Source: Somniosus microcephalus
Taxonomy: Eukaryota
Assembly (NCBI GenBank): GCA_052327205.1
Contig: CM126205.1
Location: forward strand, 212,040,001 to 212,104,000
Reading direction: 5' to 3'
DNA length: 64,000 nt
A program made the translations under genes and the position numbers. This document shows, one piece after another, positions 39,359 to 53,529 of the stretch. Under the pieces are notes generated by a model that did no database searches, was not told the origin of the DNA, and saw only the letters and a program-made list of their open reading frames with translations. Every line of letters starts with the position of its first letter. The first letter of the stretch is position 1.

Positions 39359-39795
39359 AGTTTTTTTGTATTCGTTCATGGGATCAGGACGTCGCTGGCA
39401 ATGCCAGCATTTATTGCCCATCCTTAGTTGCCCTTGAGAAGGTGATGGTGAGCCACCTTCTTGAACCACTGCCGTCCGTGTGGTGATGGTACTCCCACAG
39501 TGCTGTTAGGTAGGGAGTTCCAGGATTTTGACCCAGCGACGATGAAGGGTTGGTGATATACTTCTAAGTCAGGATGGTGCATGACTTGGAGGGGAACTTG
39601 GAGGTGGTGGTGTTCCCATGCGCCTGCTGCCCTTGTCCTTCTAGGTGGAATAGGTCGCAGGTTTGGGAGGTTCTGCTGAAGAAGCCTTGGCGAGTTGCTG
39701 CAGTGCATCTTGTAGATGGTACACACTGCAACCACAGTACGTGGTGGTGGAGGGAGTAAATGTTTAAGGTGGTGGATGGGGTGCCAATCAAGTGG
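39359..39795 (-). mobile_element. CR1-group LINE 3' fragment (a family distinct from the CR1 at 23319)
   Basis: Translation RTVVAVCTIYKMHCSNSP...VAGSKSWNSLPNSTVG...FKKVAHHHLLKGN followed by AATAAA and an A-rich end on the minus strand. Confidence 0.8.
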
Positions 39796-40039
39796 GCCAA
39801 TCAAGTTGTGTCTACAAGTCATGCCATCTGAGGTAACACATTCAAAATGTCTGTCAAATGATGTTTGAGGGCCCTGCAACGAGTTCTCTGTTATAGAAAC
39901 GCATGGGGAGTAATTCCAAGGAATTGGCACATCAGCTGCTTTTGAATCAACCCTTACGGACATGTCCGTTTTATTTGCAAGCTTTCCGCACGTGGTGCAC
40001 CTTGAAGAATACATGTCGGTGGCAAGTGAGGTAAATAAC

Positions 40040-40330
40040 GATGCAGGCGGGCTTGGCAAACTTCTTTGAAGTGCTAATGCGTGCTGTTTATTTGACTGAC
40101 TCCGAGTTTGGGGGGCGCCCTCTTTTGTTTCCGAATAACTTGCAGCAACCGCGCCCGCTGCTCGCCTCGCCCCCCCTCGCCCCGCCTGGCAGCCGAGTGC
40201 AGAGGCTGCGCAGTGCGGCGCCTCGTGCCCGTCACCCAGTCAGCGCCCAGCCCGGAGCGCGTGCGGCGGAGAAGCCCGCTTCCCAGCGCGCGCCACAACA
40301 CCTGGTTACAGCCTGACACTGCTCGAGAGC
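40040..40330. promoter_or_regulatory. CpG island, promoter-like
   Basis: Very GC/CpG-dense, with GC boxes (CCCCGCC) and an NRF1-like GCGCGTGCG. Twin YY1-like ATATGGCG motifs lie downstream at 40575-40594. Confidence 0.65.
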
Positions 40331-41959
40331 TGCACTGCATCTCACCAAAACATCCCAGTAAATCTCACCGAGATACTTGGTATCACAGAGAACTGTTATA
40401 TATTGGCACCAATGAAATCACCGCGGATAGTGACCTGCTCTTCATTTCCATTGTACCCCTGACATTGAAACACGATCCAACCATTAAGAGTAATTATTTG
40501 AAGACTGTGACCAGTTTTGCATCACCAAGGTCACTGGTCCCTAGTATCCAAAGCAAAGACTCACAAATTGGCAAATATGGCGTCTTATATGGCGTTAAGT
40601 ATTGCCCAGGTGTTTTGGAGCCAATAGGTCAGGTGTAAAAAGGGTTTGTGTTTACTTGCTTGATTTTATACTTCAAGATTATTCAAAATGCAATGATGGT
40701 GGCTTCAATACGAAGATTGCTTCTAGAGCGACATGCAATATATCTAAATGAGATGAGCATGAACAGATGTTTGTGCATTTTGTACCTCCTGCAAGAAAGA
40801 CGCGCCGCAATGCTTAAACATTACACGAAACTTTCATTTATCTCTCTTTAATTCTCATCGTTTTCCAGTTACTGGTAGCTGTTTTAATCTTTATTTTTTA
40901 AAACTTTCGTCCGCACAAAGTTCAAAAGCCAGTACAAATAACGTGAACTTCCCATTCCGAGCGAATTGGTACAAAAATAACTATCAAAGTGGCGCGCGTT
41001 CCAATCATTTCTGCTGGAAATTTAGGTTTAATTGTGTGTTTGGAGAGTGAAGCGAATAAGTGGGACGATATTTACTTTCAAAGTTCTTTTTCACGCTTTG
41101 TTTATTGACTCAATTTAAGTAAGTCAAGCGCACGCAGCAGCGCAATTCCTTTTGGCAAAAAATGTAAGAGAATTACAAATTATTGGAGCGTTTACAGGTG
41201 GCCCTGGCTGTCACTGCTGGGGCTCGGTGACAAATCGCAGAGATTTCACATCAGCAGCTCCCTGCACAGATTTATGTAAAATGTCCAGAGTGTTGTAATG
41301 TCTAGGATTTATTCATAAAGGCAATGCAATTACTTTGCATGCACTTCATGAAAACACAACGTGAAACTGCTTGAACCATTGTAAGTAAACAGCAAGCGTT
41401 ATAGCGACCGTTCGGCGACTATCTGTTAATAAAAAGTTTTACTGGGAGAAAATGTGTCACCGAGAATGCTATACGTTTTGAGTTGTCTATGAAATAATGT
41501 AATCAAATATTTGGTACTCTATGGTTATATTTCATAAAGAATGCTCTTTGCAACAATGTATCAACAAGTGCAGCCAAGCAAAACGCGAGTGTTCAGTAAA
41601 ATGTGTGAAATAAAACAGACCAGTGTTAAGGGTCAGATGACAAGTGTTAGGAACCTTTCCCAGCTGCTGTAAATAGGCACTGAAAACTAGATTGTTACAG
41701 GAACTGGCCGTGCCCGCTAACTGCAGCTTCACCGCACTGATGGTGCCTGGCTGCAGACATATAGTGCGAACATCTTTCAGGTGTTTGAAGGAAAGCGACG
41801 GCGTATCAGCCAGTAATTCAGCCGCATTTTTGTGCTTGGTGTCGAATGAGTTAGTTTTAAGAGACATACAAACTGAATAGCTTCTAAGGCCGACGAGAAT
41901 GGTGATAGCAGTCTACATGAATAACTATATATAGACATATCTATCGATAGAAAGATCAG

Positions 41960-42290
41960 AGACATGGAATTTTACAGCACCGAAGGAGGCCATTTGGCTT
42001 TCTAAATGAGTTGTCCATTTAGTCCTATCCCCATGCCATTTCCCCATACCCTGTCTCCTTTTTCAAATATGTATCCTCTTCTCTTTAAACCTATTGTGTG
42101 GCTTCTATATCCATCATTTTTTCTGGTAGGGTCGTCCCTGACCTAGTGAACCGTTTAACAATTCTCCGAACCTCTTCCTTTGGTTCTTTTGTTAATGATC
42201 TTAAATTGTCTTGTCTTTTAACTTACTGCCTCGCCCCCAGAGAAAATAGTTCCCTCTATTTACTTTACCAAAACCTCTCCCATAGATAGA
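41960..42290 (-). mobile_element. Degraded CR1-type 3' end
   Basis: ACATGGAATTTTACAGCACCGAAGGAGGCCATTTGG tail-like sequence followed by decayed antisense CR1. Confidence 0.5.
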
Positions 42291-42987
42291 AACAAAACGC
42301 ATTAACAAGTACCAATAAATTGTGTAGTTCTATTTTAAGATAAAGTGTCCTGGAATTCTAAATGGTCCGCTGTAAATGTATTTCGTTCCACTGAAGCATC
42401 ACCCGTGTCACCGAGCTAAGGATGAAACTGGTCCCCAGTCCGGCTGACACTCACACTTCTCTCATATGTGTCATTGTATAATAAAAAAGACCGAAAGTCC
42501 CCGTTTTGCTTTTAACGGGACCAAAATAAAGGATTATTTAAAGCCAATCCATTATTAAAGTGTGTTCGATACAGAAACGTGTCGGTGAGAAAAGCAGAAT
42601 CACGTAGTTCGTGTTGGTCGGAACAACGTTCTTACTCTGTGTTTTGTATAGTATTTAATTGGCGCTCAATTAACAAGAACCCCCCGAATGAATGAATTGT
42701 GCAAGTGCCGTTTACCACTAGTTTAGATCAGAATAAAGAATGCAGACATGGTCCGTCAGTATTAGGGATTCCATCGGAGGACAGAATGGTAAAGTTGACT
42801 TGGCTGATTGGGGGGGGGGGGGCGGGGTATGGTGGTGTCACACCTCTTGAGGCGAAGGCTTCTTTGAAATCCGAAGGTGTATGGGCAAATCTTTGAATCT
42901 GGTGTAATTCACGTCCTGCGCCCTGTAGCCGCCCCCCCCCCCCCCCCCATTACCTGAGCTACGCTTTCGCCAAGGTGATGCCACATG

Positions 42988-43105
42988 GAATTGGATCAAT
43001 ACTGCAGGGCTCTGGGAAAAGGGCAGGGGAGTGGGACTAATTGGATAGCTCTTTCAAAGAGCCAGGCACAGGCACGATGGGTCTGTGCTGTATCATTCTC
43101 TGATG
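42988..43105 (+). mobile_element. Short CR1 3' fragment
   Basis: TGCAGGGCTCTGGGAAAAGGGCAGGGGAGTGGGACTAATTGGATAGCTCTTTCAAAGAGCC matches the 3' UTR at ~15387-15450. Confidence 0.75.
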
Positions 43106-46100
43106 TCTCCCATCATTGTACCTGATCTCATTAAAAACAGGGATCAATTCACGCAGTTCTTGCTTGAAGCCAGAAGCGATCCCATAACAGAAACGGTTAC
43201 AAGTGTTGGCATTGCGGTACTTCAGGGCTTCCGTTTCAGCTCTGAGGTTTCGACTAAGTACAGGGCGAATAGCTGGCGATAATTAAAAACGAACGGAATT
43301 AAATGCTAACCCCCGCCCCTTGGATTTTGTGTAAAGTCTGCTGTAAAGCGGGCATTTTCACACCGATGAAACCTTTCAGTGCTGTACACAGCACCGATTA
43401 CTGATAGGCCCGCACTGTGTTGTACCGGGGCAGCTATTTGGTCATGATCGCCTATACCACAGTAAATGCATCATGTAGTTGAGATTCATTTTTTAATCCG
43501 CGGTTTAACCGGAGTTAACAGCACTCCGCAATCTCAATCCCACAGCGGAGCGAACACCTCGCTGGCCAAGAATCAGTGGCCGGCCAGAGATAGTTTGCGA
43601 ATAGTTGCAAAATGCATCATTTAAGGCGTTTTAATCCCTACCTACACGGTACAATTCATAAAGACGGAAAAATTAGTTATCGATTAGCACTTATCACTTT
43701 AAAAAAAGTAAACGATTCACATCCAACAATTGAATAATTAGGTGTCGTGTTTTATAGAAAATTACTAATAAAAAGATTCGTTGAGGATTTTGTTTTACTT
43801 TGCAAGCTTTACTTTAATGCCATAGCAAGGTCAGTTTGCTATGACAGTGTAAAACTTGCTTGGGACCCTCCGCTTGCCATTTACCCCTGACAAGGGATCC
43901 TCTTCATATTCTGCACATATACTGAGGCACCGTTGTATTCCTGGGAAATCACATTCCCAACATGCAAAGAACAAGCAGCAGTTGTTCACGAAGATAAGAC
44001 AAGAAGTTTGAAATGTTTTGCTTTACCAAGTGTACCGCAAACGTTCCCATGTGGCATTCGGGAGCTGTAATGATTTCTTCTGTTTCGGGGCGGATGTTCT
44101 GTCTGACTTGATCCTTTCGGAATATCGATTTCAAACAAAGCTCCTGCTTTCAGACGGCTCGGGGAAGCCTTGAAACCTCGGTTTCTGCTCGGAGTGTCCC
44201 AAGCGCGGCTTTAAACCTAGATTGGTCTTGCTGTAAATAGGTTAACTAGTGAATTTTGTTAAGATCCATTTTCAAATTGTGATTATATCTGTTGTTGGGG
44301 GGCGGGGGGAGGTGGGGTGGACATTAATAAAAAGAAAACTAGAACTTGGAGTTCTGGAAAATAAAGAACCGCGAGCAAACGGAATAAAGGCTTGGTTAAA
44401 TAAATCTCAAGGTGTCTGCCGCAAAAATTAATCCTTTTCTATAGATCGGTGTTTATTTGTTTAATACAAGTATTTTAGACTCGCTAAGACGTCAGAACAA
44501 TTCGCTTTGAAAAGTATAATGCCCTTACTTTTTATGTGCTTTGAATCAATCTATAAAAGTAAGTGGCGGTGTTTTATAGAGTTGGTCAATAGCAGCACTC
44601 TCCACCGGCTCGAGTGACAGCACTGGAAGATTCCTCTCAACCGGTACAGGTCGTTTGCAATCGGATTCCTGCAGTTTGGGGACATGGGGAGCATATATCA
44701 CTGTAAAAAAGGGAAGTTTCTGTTGTATAAATCCGATTGCTGGATGATTGAAAGGGCTACACTTGTGAATTACCCAGGCCGCTTTTTTCTGTCGAGTCTC
44801 CTGTCAAGGTACAGCGCGGCTGTTGGATGACCCCCGCTTTGCAATGGGATTACACTTGCAGAGCGAATTGTTCTGAAGTCTTGACGGGTCTAAAATACTT
44901 TTATTAAACAAATACACTAAAATATGAAACCATTCTCATGAAACTTTATACCCGATGGTAGAACACTCTAATTGTGCCAGGAACTCAGTGATTGTATTTT
45001 CCCAGCCTTCTGTGCCAGATAGGCACCGCCAGAAGTGTAACCAGATTACACTTTCGATTTTAAAGGTTTTTGCACATGTAAAAGATTCTACTAGAAACGG
45101 CGAAGGTACAGCACTTGAACTAGTAGATGTGGATTACATTGTATTCCCATAACACAGACAAGCTGCTTCATTTACCACTGCTGTTAACTTCAGTCCAGCA
45201 CGACAGCTCAAACACAGCCGCTGCATCCAGTATACACTGGACAGATCCTCATACAGTTGGGAGTTTGGCATTGTGTATTTAGTATGAACCATTATTCCGC
45301 GCAGTTAACGCAGGTTGCCATTATATTTGCATTATTTGGTCGACAACCAGCGATTTTACTGCTATTCAATCAAACATTTTTATACGGTGCCATAAGCGTT
45401 TATATATTCCAAAATGCTGAAGAAAATCATAGTGGCTGGATGGTACATTTCACGGGGATGTCTGTTTGTGGTGTAAGGGAGATTTGCACTGAGTCCCGGG
45501 CAGGTAACCATCGACTTCTTTTTCTCACTGTGCTACAGGTGTGCGAGTGAAGGAGCTGCGTGTCTTTGAGAGACTTTACCCGAGAGAAGCTTTCGTTTCC
45601 AAATAAATAAGAACTACGACCTGGAAGCGTGTGGCTTTCACATTGATCGTTACACAAATGTCTCAGTATACTAAATGTTGTTAAACGACACATCTGTTTT
45701 TCTCTGGGTGGTGGTGGCGGGGGGGAGGGGGGGGGGGGAGGTTGGAGGAACGAAATGTTAGCGATTATTGCTGAATACTAATTCTCCCCTCTGGTCATAA
45801 ATAAGACCATTGAAGTTTTCCAGTAAGCATTTATAAAAATATAAGTACCAGGTCGGGTAATATTTTATGGCATATAATTAAGTTTAAATTCGGTGTAATT
45901 GGCCGTTTATATAAATATCCTCAGTCATTCTTAAATAGCCGTGTGATTTATGAAAGTTACTAAAAAGATAATCGCTCCTTGACCAAGCCCTGTTCAGTAA
46001 AAGTGACGTCTTTGCCATTTCTGTGTGTGGCACAGTTTTCAGGATTATATTAATATTTTAAAGATCTATTTCACTTACGCGTTTCTTTGCCAGAACATAT

Positions 46101-46557
46101 GATATCGTTTCTTTACTGAAAATACCAAACGTTGTACTGAAAATAACTAGAAGACGGATGTTTTAGAATTACTGTCGCTCTCTGTCTTTTATTCGGTCAA
46201 TGATTTCTCGTCGTGCTGAAATGTTTGACACTCCCTCATTCTCACTGATGGTTATGAACCAAACATGCCCATTCCCTTGTCACAGATGCCTGGGCTAAAG
46301 ATAAACCCGTGGGCACCTCAATATTCGCATGGTTTGGAAGACAGAAAAAAACTTCCAAACAGAAATGAGGAGAAACAAACTTGGTGTACAGACTTGGTAA
46401 ATAGCAATAGTAAATGACAAAGCTTCCACCTATAAACCGCGCAGAGAGTCGCGGCGCCACTGAACCGATAATTGGGAGATTAAGTTGAGTTTGGTGCAGT
46501 TATGTGTGTGTGTGTATACAGTATCTATATATATAAAATGTGTGTGATATGTTTGTG

Positions 46558-46620
46558 TAGATAGACAGACAGATAGAGAGACAGACAGATGATAGATAGA
46601 CTGACAGATAGACAAGTAAC

Positions 46621-46651
<31 letters not shown>
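46558..46651. repeat. (GATA/GACA)n microsatellite
   Basis: Direct reading. Confidence 0.95.
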
Positions 46652-47586
46652 AAGCAGAACAATGCTTGTGCCCGTCAATAAACGAGAGAAGGGTGACACG
46701 GAGAAGCTTCTTTTTCTATTCATGTTTAAGTACTTCTGTTTTGTTTTGACATTCGACAGATGTGCTGCTTCCTCTAAGAATGTGGGTTTAGGACTCAATT
46801 ATAGTATGACAGGTTTTGTTGTGGTATGATAGTGATTACAGGGACAGTGCCAATTCTGTGCACACCGCACAACTCCAAGTTCCAAACTCCACAGAACCCT
46901 TTATCGCCCGCTCCAATACCTACTGCCCAGGATTTAATATTCTAAGACCGCGCATTTGGAAACTAATCAATGAAAATAACAAGGAAACATTCGCATTGTT
47001 AAAAATTGTTGCGAAAATGTCTGAAAATAATTTGACTGATTTTAAAGGAGCGTATTAATAGAAAGCATTCTAATTATTCTATAGGTAAAATACAAATGCA
47101 CTATTTCAATAGACTGCAAGTTTGTCACCATTTATGTGACCAATGAACAGTTTTGCACCGAATGAGGCGTTTTGTCCACGAAGGTCGTGTTTTAACATTG
47201 ACGGAGGTAAGTCGAGCTCCCTTTTATTTATTTTGCATAACTTCATGTAACCTGTTAATGCTAAGTCGTGCTTTTATAAAACATGCCCGAAAGTGTAATA
47301 TTTGATGCAAGATATGGTTTCAAACGACCTTAACACCTTTAAAAAACATTGGTAATATGTTACAACCTTAGCCAGCTTTGCTGGCGGATCACCCAAACTT
47401 GGGAAAGCCACGCGTGATATTTTATACAACCCTATTTAGACTGAAGTGTATTTGTTAAGTTGAATTGAATGACTTAAAATAACACGTTTCACGATGGTAA
47501 CACAACTGTTTCCCTTTTATGATTCGTGATTTATTTTAAAAAGTGTTTCTGACATTACTGTTAAAGTGCTGTAGTCACTGCATGAT

Positions 47587-47600
47587 CCACTAGATGGTGC
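47587..47600 (+). promoter_or_regulatory. CTCF motif
   Basis: CCACTAGATGGTGC, one mismatch to CCACTAGATGGCGC. Confidence 0.55.
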
Positions 47601-50600
47601 TCTGAGCACCGGCTCTCCAGTAAAATCAAACTTAACAGTAGAATTGGAAGATGTAAGGAATCGTGACATTACTCGAGCCATTTCAAGAGCTGCTCAGAAG
47701 GAATACGATTTAACCGGACGGGGGAGTGCGCAAACTTGAATACCGAATACATAATTTCTTCTAAATTTACTAGTTTTAATCATACTTTTACAGTGTATGT
47801 TGAAAGTGATACAGTAGTTAATTATAACAGAGGTCCTGTGAGGGAACACTTAGGATACGGAGTTATTCATTACATGCTTAAAAAGACCAGCATTGTCGTG
47901 TACTGGGCAAAACACCATGGACTAAAATGATCTTTAAGTTTCAGTGAGTGTTATCTTGTCGGACTTCTGCGAGTAAATTCGTCTCTGATACATTATATAA
48001 ACAGTAAAGGGAAAACATGATCAAGTCTGCGTTAAAATAAATTAGCAGTTCTTTAATATGTTTGGAAGCAGCCAAATTAAAGTTTAAATGTATGAGGAAG
48101 AAGTTTTTAGTGATGATTCGCATCCTACTAAAAAAAAGTGCAAAAGCGAGGGCAAAACAAGATGTAGTGAGAGTTGGAGCGTGCGGCGTCCCGATCGCCC
48201 TGATAGTTTGACCGCGTCTCGACATGTTTTGTGGCTTGTGTCGGAGTTTGTTATGACAGGTCCAGCAGACACAACCAAGGCCACCGACTGAGATGAGAAA
48301 AAGTTAACTTTTTGCATGGACAGGAGTGAACCGTGTCATACAATTCTTCAGATAAACTTAGTGGCGTGTCACCAAGTTGCTATGAGTTGGGTTCAATCAC
48401 TGTGTACTTAATGTCATCTCGCCGAAGGGCACCAGCAAACGGCGTTGGGGGCAAATTTTTCATCCCTCAGAAAAAAGGTGGAAAACTTATTTCTGGAGCC
48501 ATTTACTCCAGAAAAAAGACCCGATTTATTAGTTTCGTGACCTAGAAGCGAGGTACGGTGTTCGGCAGAGTGTGCCCCCATCCTATCTGAAATATATATT
48601 AAATAAACTGGCTGCAGTTGTGAGCTTAGCACATTTTAATGCAAAAGTTAATAAATAATCTTTATAGGCCATTTCTGGAGTTTTAAGTTCTATGCATGAC
48701 CGCCTATTTAATTAAGCGTATTATTCGATACAGTATTAACAAAATTCAACGGAACCTGTTGATCTGAGAGCTTTCAAGGTGGATTAATAGATCGTCGGTG
48801 TGACTTTAAATGCTAAGCCTAGAAGTTCTTTAAGGTATCTTATTTTAATCGATCCCAAAATATTGTGGTTGATGAAAAATGTAATTTCTTTTCCTTGCTT
48901 TTTTAAAAACTTGATCAAATCACCCAACTAAACCCCGGGTGTTAGCAGCTAAAATCAGACGTCACAGAAGCGACTTTCAATTTCAAAATTAATGTCGGAG
49001 TGTAGACTTCTGATATAACGTTTTTAGAGTCTTATTCTACACATATGAATTCGCACACAGGTAAATGTATGCATACCACATGCATCTACAGATGCACATA
49101 GTGATATATATGCAGGCATACTTACATGTATTTAAGCAGACATATACACAGATACATATGTCATACGCGTCTAATACCTTATACCTCCAAGCAAAGCAAA
49201 TATATTCAGAACGGTCTGTCCGCCTGTTTCCTTTTACTTAGAAGCAAAGCGCTTCGATTTCTCCCCCTTACATATGATTATGTGGACACTATTCCAGACA
49301 GTCATACACTTAACAACAAGTAAAAGAACAGGACTTCGTGCTGTGTTTCGGACCTTCCTTATGGGAAAAAATTGAGAACAGAAACACATTAGGTGAGAGC
49401 GAATTTATAGTAAACCGCACAACCGGGTTTTGCACACAATGACCCTTTTCCAGTGGCCATTGATGGCTCCATTCGGGGCACCGAATTTCCTCCTGTGGAC
49501 TCCCACAAACAAAACACAGCAGAAGTATTCTAGACCTCTGTTTGATGTCCCGGCTTTTTTTTCCTTTTACCAGTTTGAAACTTAACATTTGAACTTCATA
49601 AACACAAAATCACATCCAGATTAATTCTTCAAACTTTTATTGTTAAAATGTCAACAATAACTGAATATCAACATATATTACATCTTGTATCATACGTGCA
49701 ATGAAATGAAACAGTAAGGAGATTCTAAATATTGACAACTTTAAAAAAAACTTAAAGGCCGTTTTCATGGGCCTATTGAGATTCAACTCCACTAAAATGC
49801 ACTTTTCAATGAGTTGGGAATTGGAAGCACTTGCTATGTACCGTCTCCTCGGAAAAGGAATCCTACATTTCAGTTGTGACAATCGGTTCACCGCATCTCC
49901 TCTCCGCAGTAATCCTGGGCACACAGACACATAATTTAATTCTGAATTTATGAAATCGACCGTAAACTGACAAGTTGTCCTTGAAGAAAATATTGCAGCT
50001 TCTTTGCGCATTAGTTATGTTACAGAACATAATCCTACATTGCCTTTTTAAAAGTTTTCTCTATTACTTAGACTGCCCCACAAGGCTGTAACATCACTTA
50101 ACGTCAGTGAGATCTTGCCGCCAGCAGTGTGGAAAGCCGTGCATAGGGCAGATTTGTTATTCTATTGACAATCAATAGCAATGGGAATGCTTCCTTTTAC
50201 TGACGTTTTTGACTGTTGACAGAATTGTTTGTAGATCTGTAGCGATACTCTTAAGAATTATTAAGTACATAGGGAAACCGCAGAATTTTCTAACCAACTA
50301 TAGAGTTTGTCATTTTATAGTCAGCCTCGTGAATTCAAAGTATAATTTGAATGATTACAATTAAAAAAAACATTTATTTTTAAGAGAAAAATCTCGAGTA
50401 TTTACAAAAAACATGAGGCGGCGGGTGTCCTTTAATCGGTTGCAGAGTCTGGCCTGTGCAGGGTCTGAGAGTGGCCAAACTGTCACATCGAGCGACCTTT
50501 ACTACTTTTAAAAGGCGTGACGTTCTGATCCTTTTCTTAATTTTTCCTCGCTGTCTTTCTCCTATGAAATATCTGTTTTCAAAACTGGAGTCTGACAGGG

Positions 50601-53529
50601 ACTGTCACAGAATGCTACGGTCATGTTGTCTAAAACAAATCCAGCCTGAAGCGACGCACTCGCCTGGGTTCAAAATCGCCAGTGAGTGATAGTTAAATGT
50701 AGGATGATAGCAAAGGAATAATCCTAGCAGTCTCTCAAACCGTCTTCCCCTAATTCAGTGAACTGCATCTTCGTTCGTGACAGTCTTACATGTGGAATAA
50801 ATATATTTTATTTACACAATCGACCCTTCCGATTTGGCCGTGGGTTGGAACAGATTAATTTCTGAAAGACTTGATCGTTTGGGGGGAGGGGGTGAAGTAA
50901 AACACAATCCAGACAGATTACTGTTTTTTTACATATTTGCTTCAGACAGTGGCAAATAAAACAGAGAACTGCTCACTCTGTCTTACTTAACACAGCCGAA
51001 TTCTAGGAAGAGCCGGCCGTGCTGGGGAGGGGTGAAGCTGCTCGGTGAAAAATGATCCAACTTTCTATTACAATCAGCTACATCTGCGGGCTTTTCAATT
51101 TTAGGGACTTTTTTTCTGGATCGTCAAACTTCCGCCACTTAAAAAAAAACTTCTGTAATTAATTGTCGCACCATGGAGTCAGCCGTCATATTTTATGCAT
51201 CAAATAGTTAATAAATGATACCACACTGGAGATAAACACTCAGACTTCCACCGCCGCTTTATATAAAGAAAGATTGTGTGGAGGAAAATGCAAATCACTG
51301 CGAGCTTCAATTGGAAACTACTCAATATCCACCCAGTGTGTCGGCAGATGCCATCCGATGGGCATTAAACTGCCGGTCTATAAATAAAACCAATTATAAT
51401 GCAATGAATATCGACCGAGACCGTATTGAACGCAAACACGCTTATCATTCTGGCGATAGATATTATCAGGCTATTGATGTGTGCTTTCTGAGGGCTTTAC
51501 TCACTGACTCTTCGGCGTCTGAGGCCGGGTCACTTCACACAACTCTCCGGGACTGTTTGACATTTATTTCGGAAGATCCCCGGTTGCTTCCAAGTTTTAT
51601 TTCTCTTCCTCGTCCTGCGATTGTTCCAGTCTATTCGTCTCTCCCGAAAGGTAATGTTTGCTCTTTCTGCTTCGCGTCCCCCCCCCCCCCCCCAACTCAC
51701 AACACCCCATCCAAATCCCGATTGGCCCTACTTTATTTTATTTTCGAGGTGATGAGGGCGATTGACATGTGAATGGGTGGCCGGGGCAGGCCAGAGCAAG
51801 CAGGAATTTCGAGTTGTGCGATCCGGTTACGCTTTGCTGCTCGTGTATGGCACAGTGGCGCCACCGTACGGGCAGCTCTCCCACCTTAATTTAAGGAGGA
51901 TTTGTGTCGAAGGGACTGGGGAGAGGGGAAGCATTATCATTAACCTTTTATTGTTTGAAAAATGCAACGGAACAGTCTCAAAAAGAAAATAACAATCACT
52001 TGCAAAAATCTTTAATTTTGCTCCCGCGGAAGAAATATTATACTGCAATCTCTTAATAGACATTTTGCATCATTACATAAATGCAGCTACAGTATTCGAA
52101 TTAGTGTTTGGAGATGAACCAAAGTTAATAGATAACACATTTTGTCGGGTTTCTTTCCGTATTCAGAGTCATGGTGGTACAAAAGAATGTGGCTGGATGC
52201 TTGAGAAGCCCAATGTTGTAGCTGGGTGCATTTTACTGTTCAGGGAGGCAGGACATTTGGCTTGTGGGTTCAGAGACTGAGTTAAAATAACTGTATTGAT
52301 TTTTCTTTGGCATCTAAAATGTTGGTAATTAGTCTGGGGTTAAAATCAAGCTTAAAACCCGTGGTTAATTTTAAAGATAGATGTTTCATGTAACCCTTTA
52401 AGTCCTGACCAGCACTTATTTTTAGTATTCAAATAAGGAGTTAAATAATGTGGAAATCAGAAATCGCAGCCGTGTACTTTTTAACTCGGCTTTTAATCGG
52501 TTTCATTGTGCACTTTGCTTCCTAAAATGGAGCAAATTGGTTTTATACGGTTACGAGCCACCTTAAACAGACAGCTCTCTTTGACTGAGTCACCAGCACA
52601 AGCGAGTAACAAAATAATGCCAGCAAGTTTCTGTCATTTGGTCACAGCGAGTGTGCTAGCGTCGTGTCGCTAGATGTGCTCAGTCTCAGATTGCATAATT
52701 CGTGATGCAGAGACCCTGGTAAATAAAGGCTCAGGAGAGCAAAGATATTAAGAATGTTTTTTCTGGAGGTTCTCTGCATTGGGTTTAAGAGCAGCGGGCT
52801 AGCTGGCTGGTGTCAAATTTGAGAACAGAACGAGAAAGCGAGAGCGAAAGAGAAATAAGAGTCTCTTCACTCCCACATTCCCAGATACGGAGCTCCTCCG
52901 ACGCGTTGCAAAGCCCAGAAACTCGCGGTGCGCTCCTCGGCCAGTCTAAAACCCTTCAGTACACACACAGGACTTCTTGACATTTCCAGACATTCGGGTT
53001 TCATAGAAAAAAGAAGCGGAAAGAGAGAGGGGCTGAGAAAAAAAGGGACTTGACTTTATTAAATATTCAACACAGGCTCTAGACAAATTTACGTTCACTC
53101 TCATAAATTATTAAAAGCCGAAAGCATCTGTCTATCAAGAATGCAGTTTATTATTAACTAATTTCACATGACAGTGCACTTGTTTTATTTATACAACGCC
53201 TCTTTGAAAAATAAAAAGCAGAGCAGTACTATGCTTTTGATTGTCCATTAACGCCCGGGGGAGAAACTGTGTGATAAACGCATCTCCCCTTTACAGGAAC
53301 TTCTGTATGTGTATATATTATTTATATATATAGTTTAGTACGTTGGGTTTTGTAAGGAGCGTGCGCTCCTGTATATATATATAAATAAATATATACGTAT
53401 CTCTGTGGGTCTGTATGGCTACATGTGTGAATTTGTATCCGTGTGACTGCACATGTGTATCTCAATCTGTGTATATCTGCATCTGAGTGTGTTTGTCTAT
53501 GTGTGTGTGTGTGCAATGTTTGCTGTATT

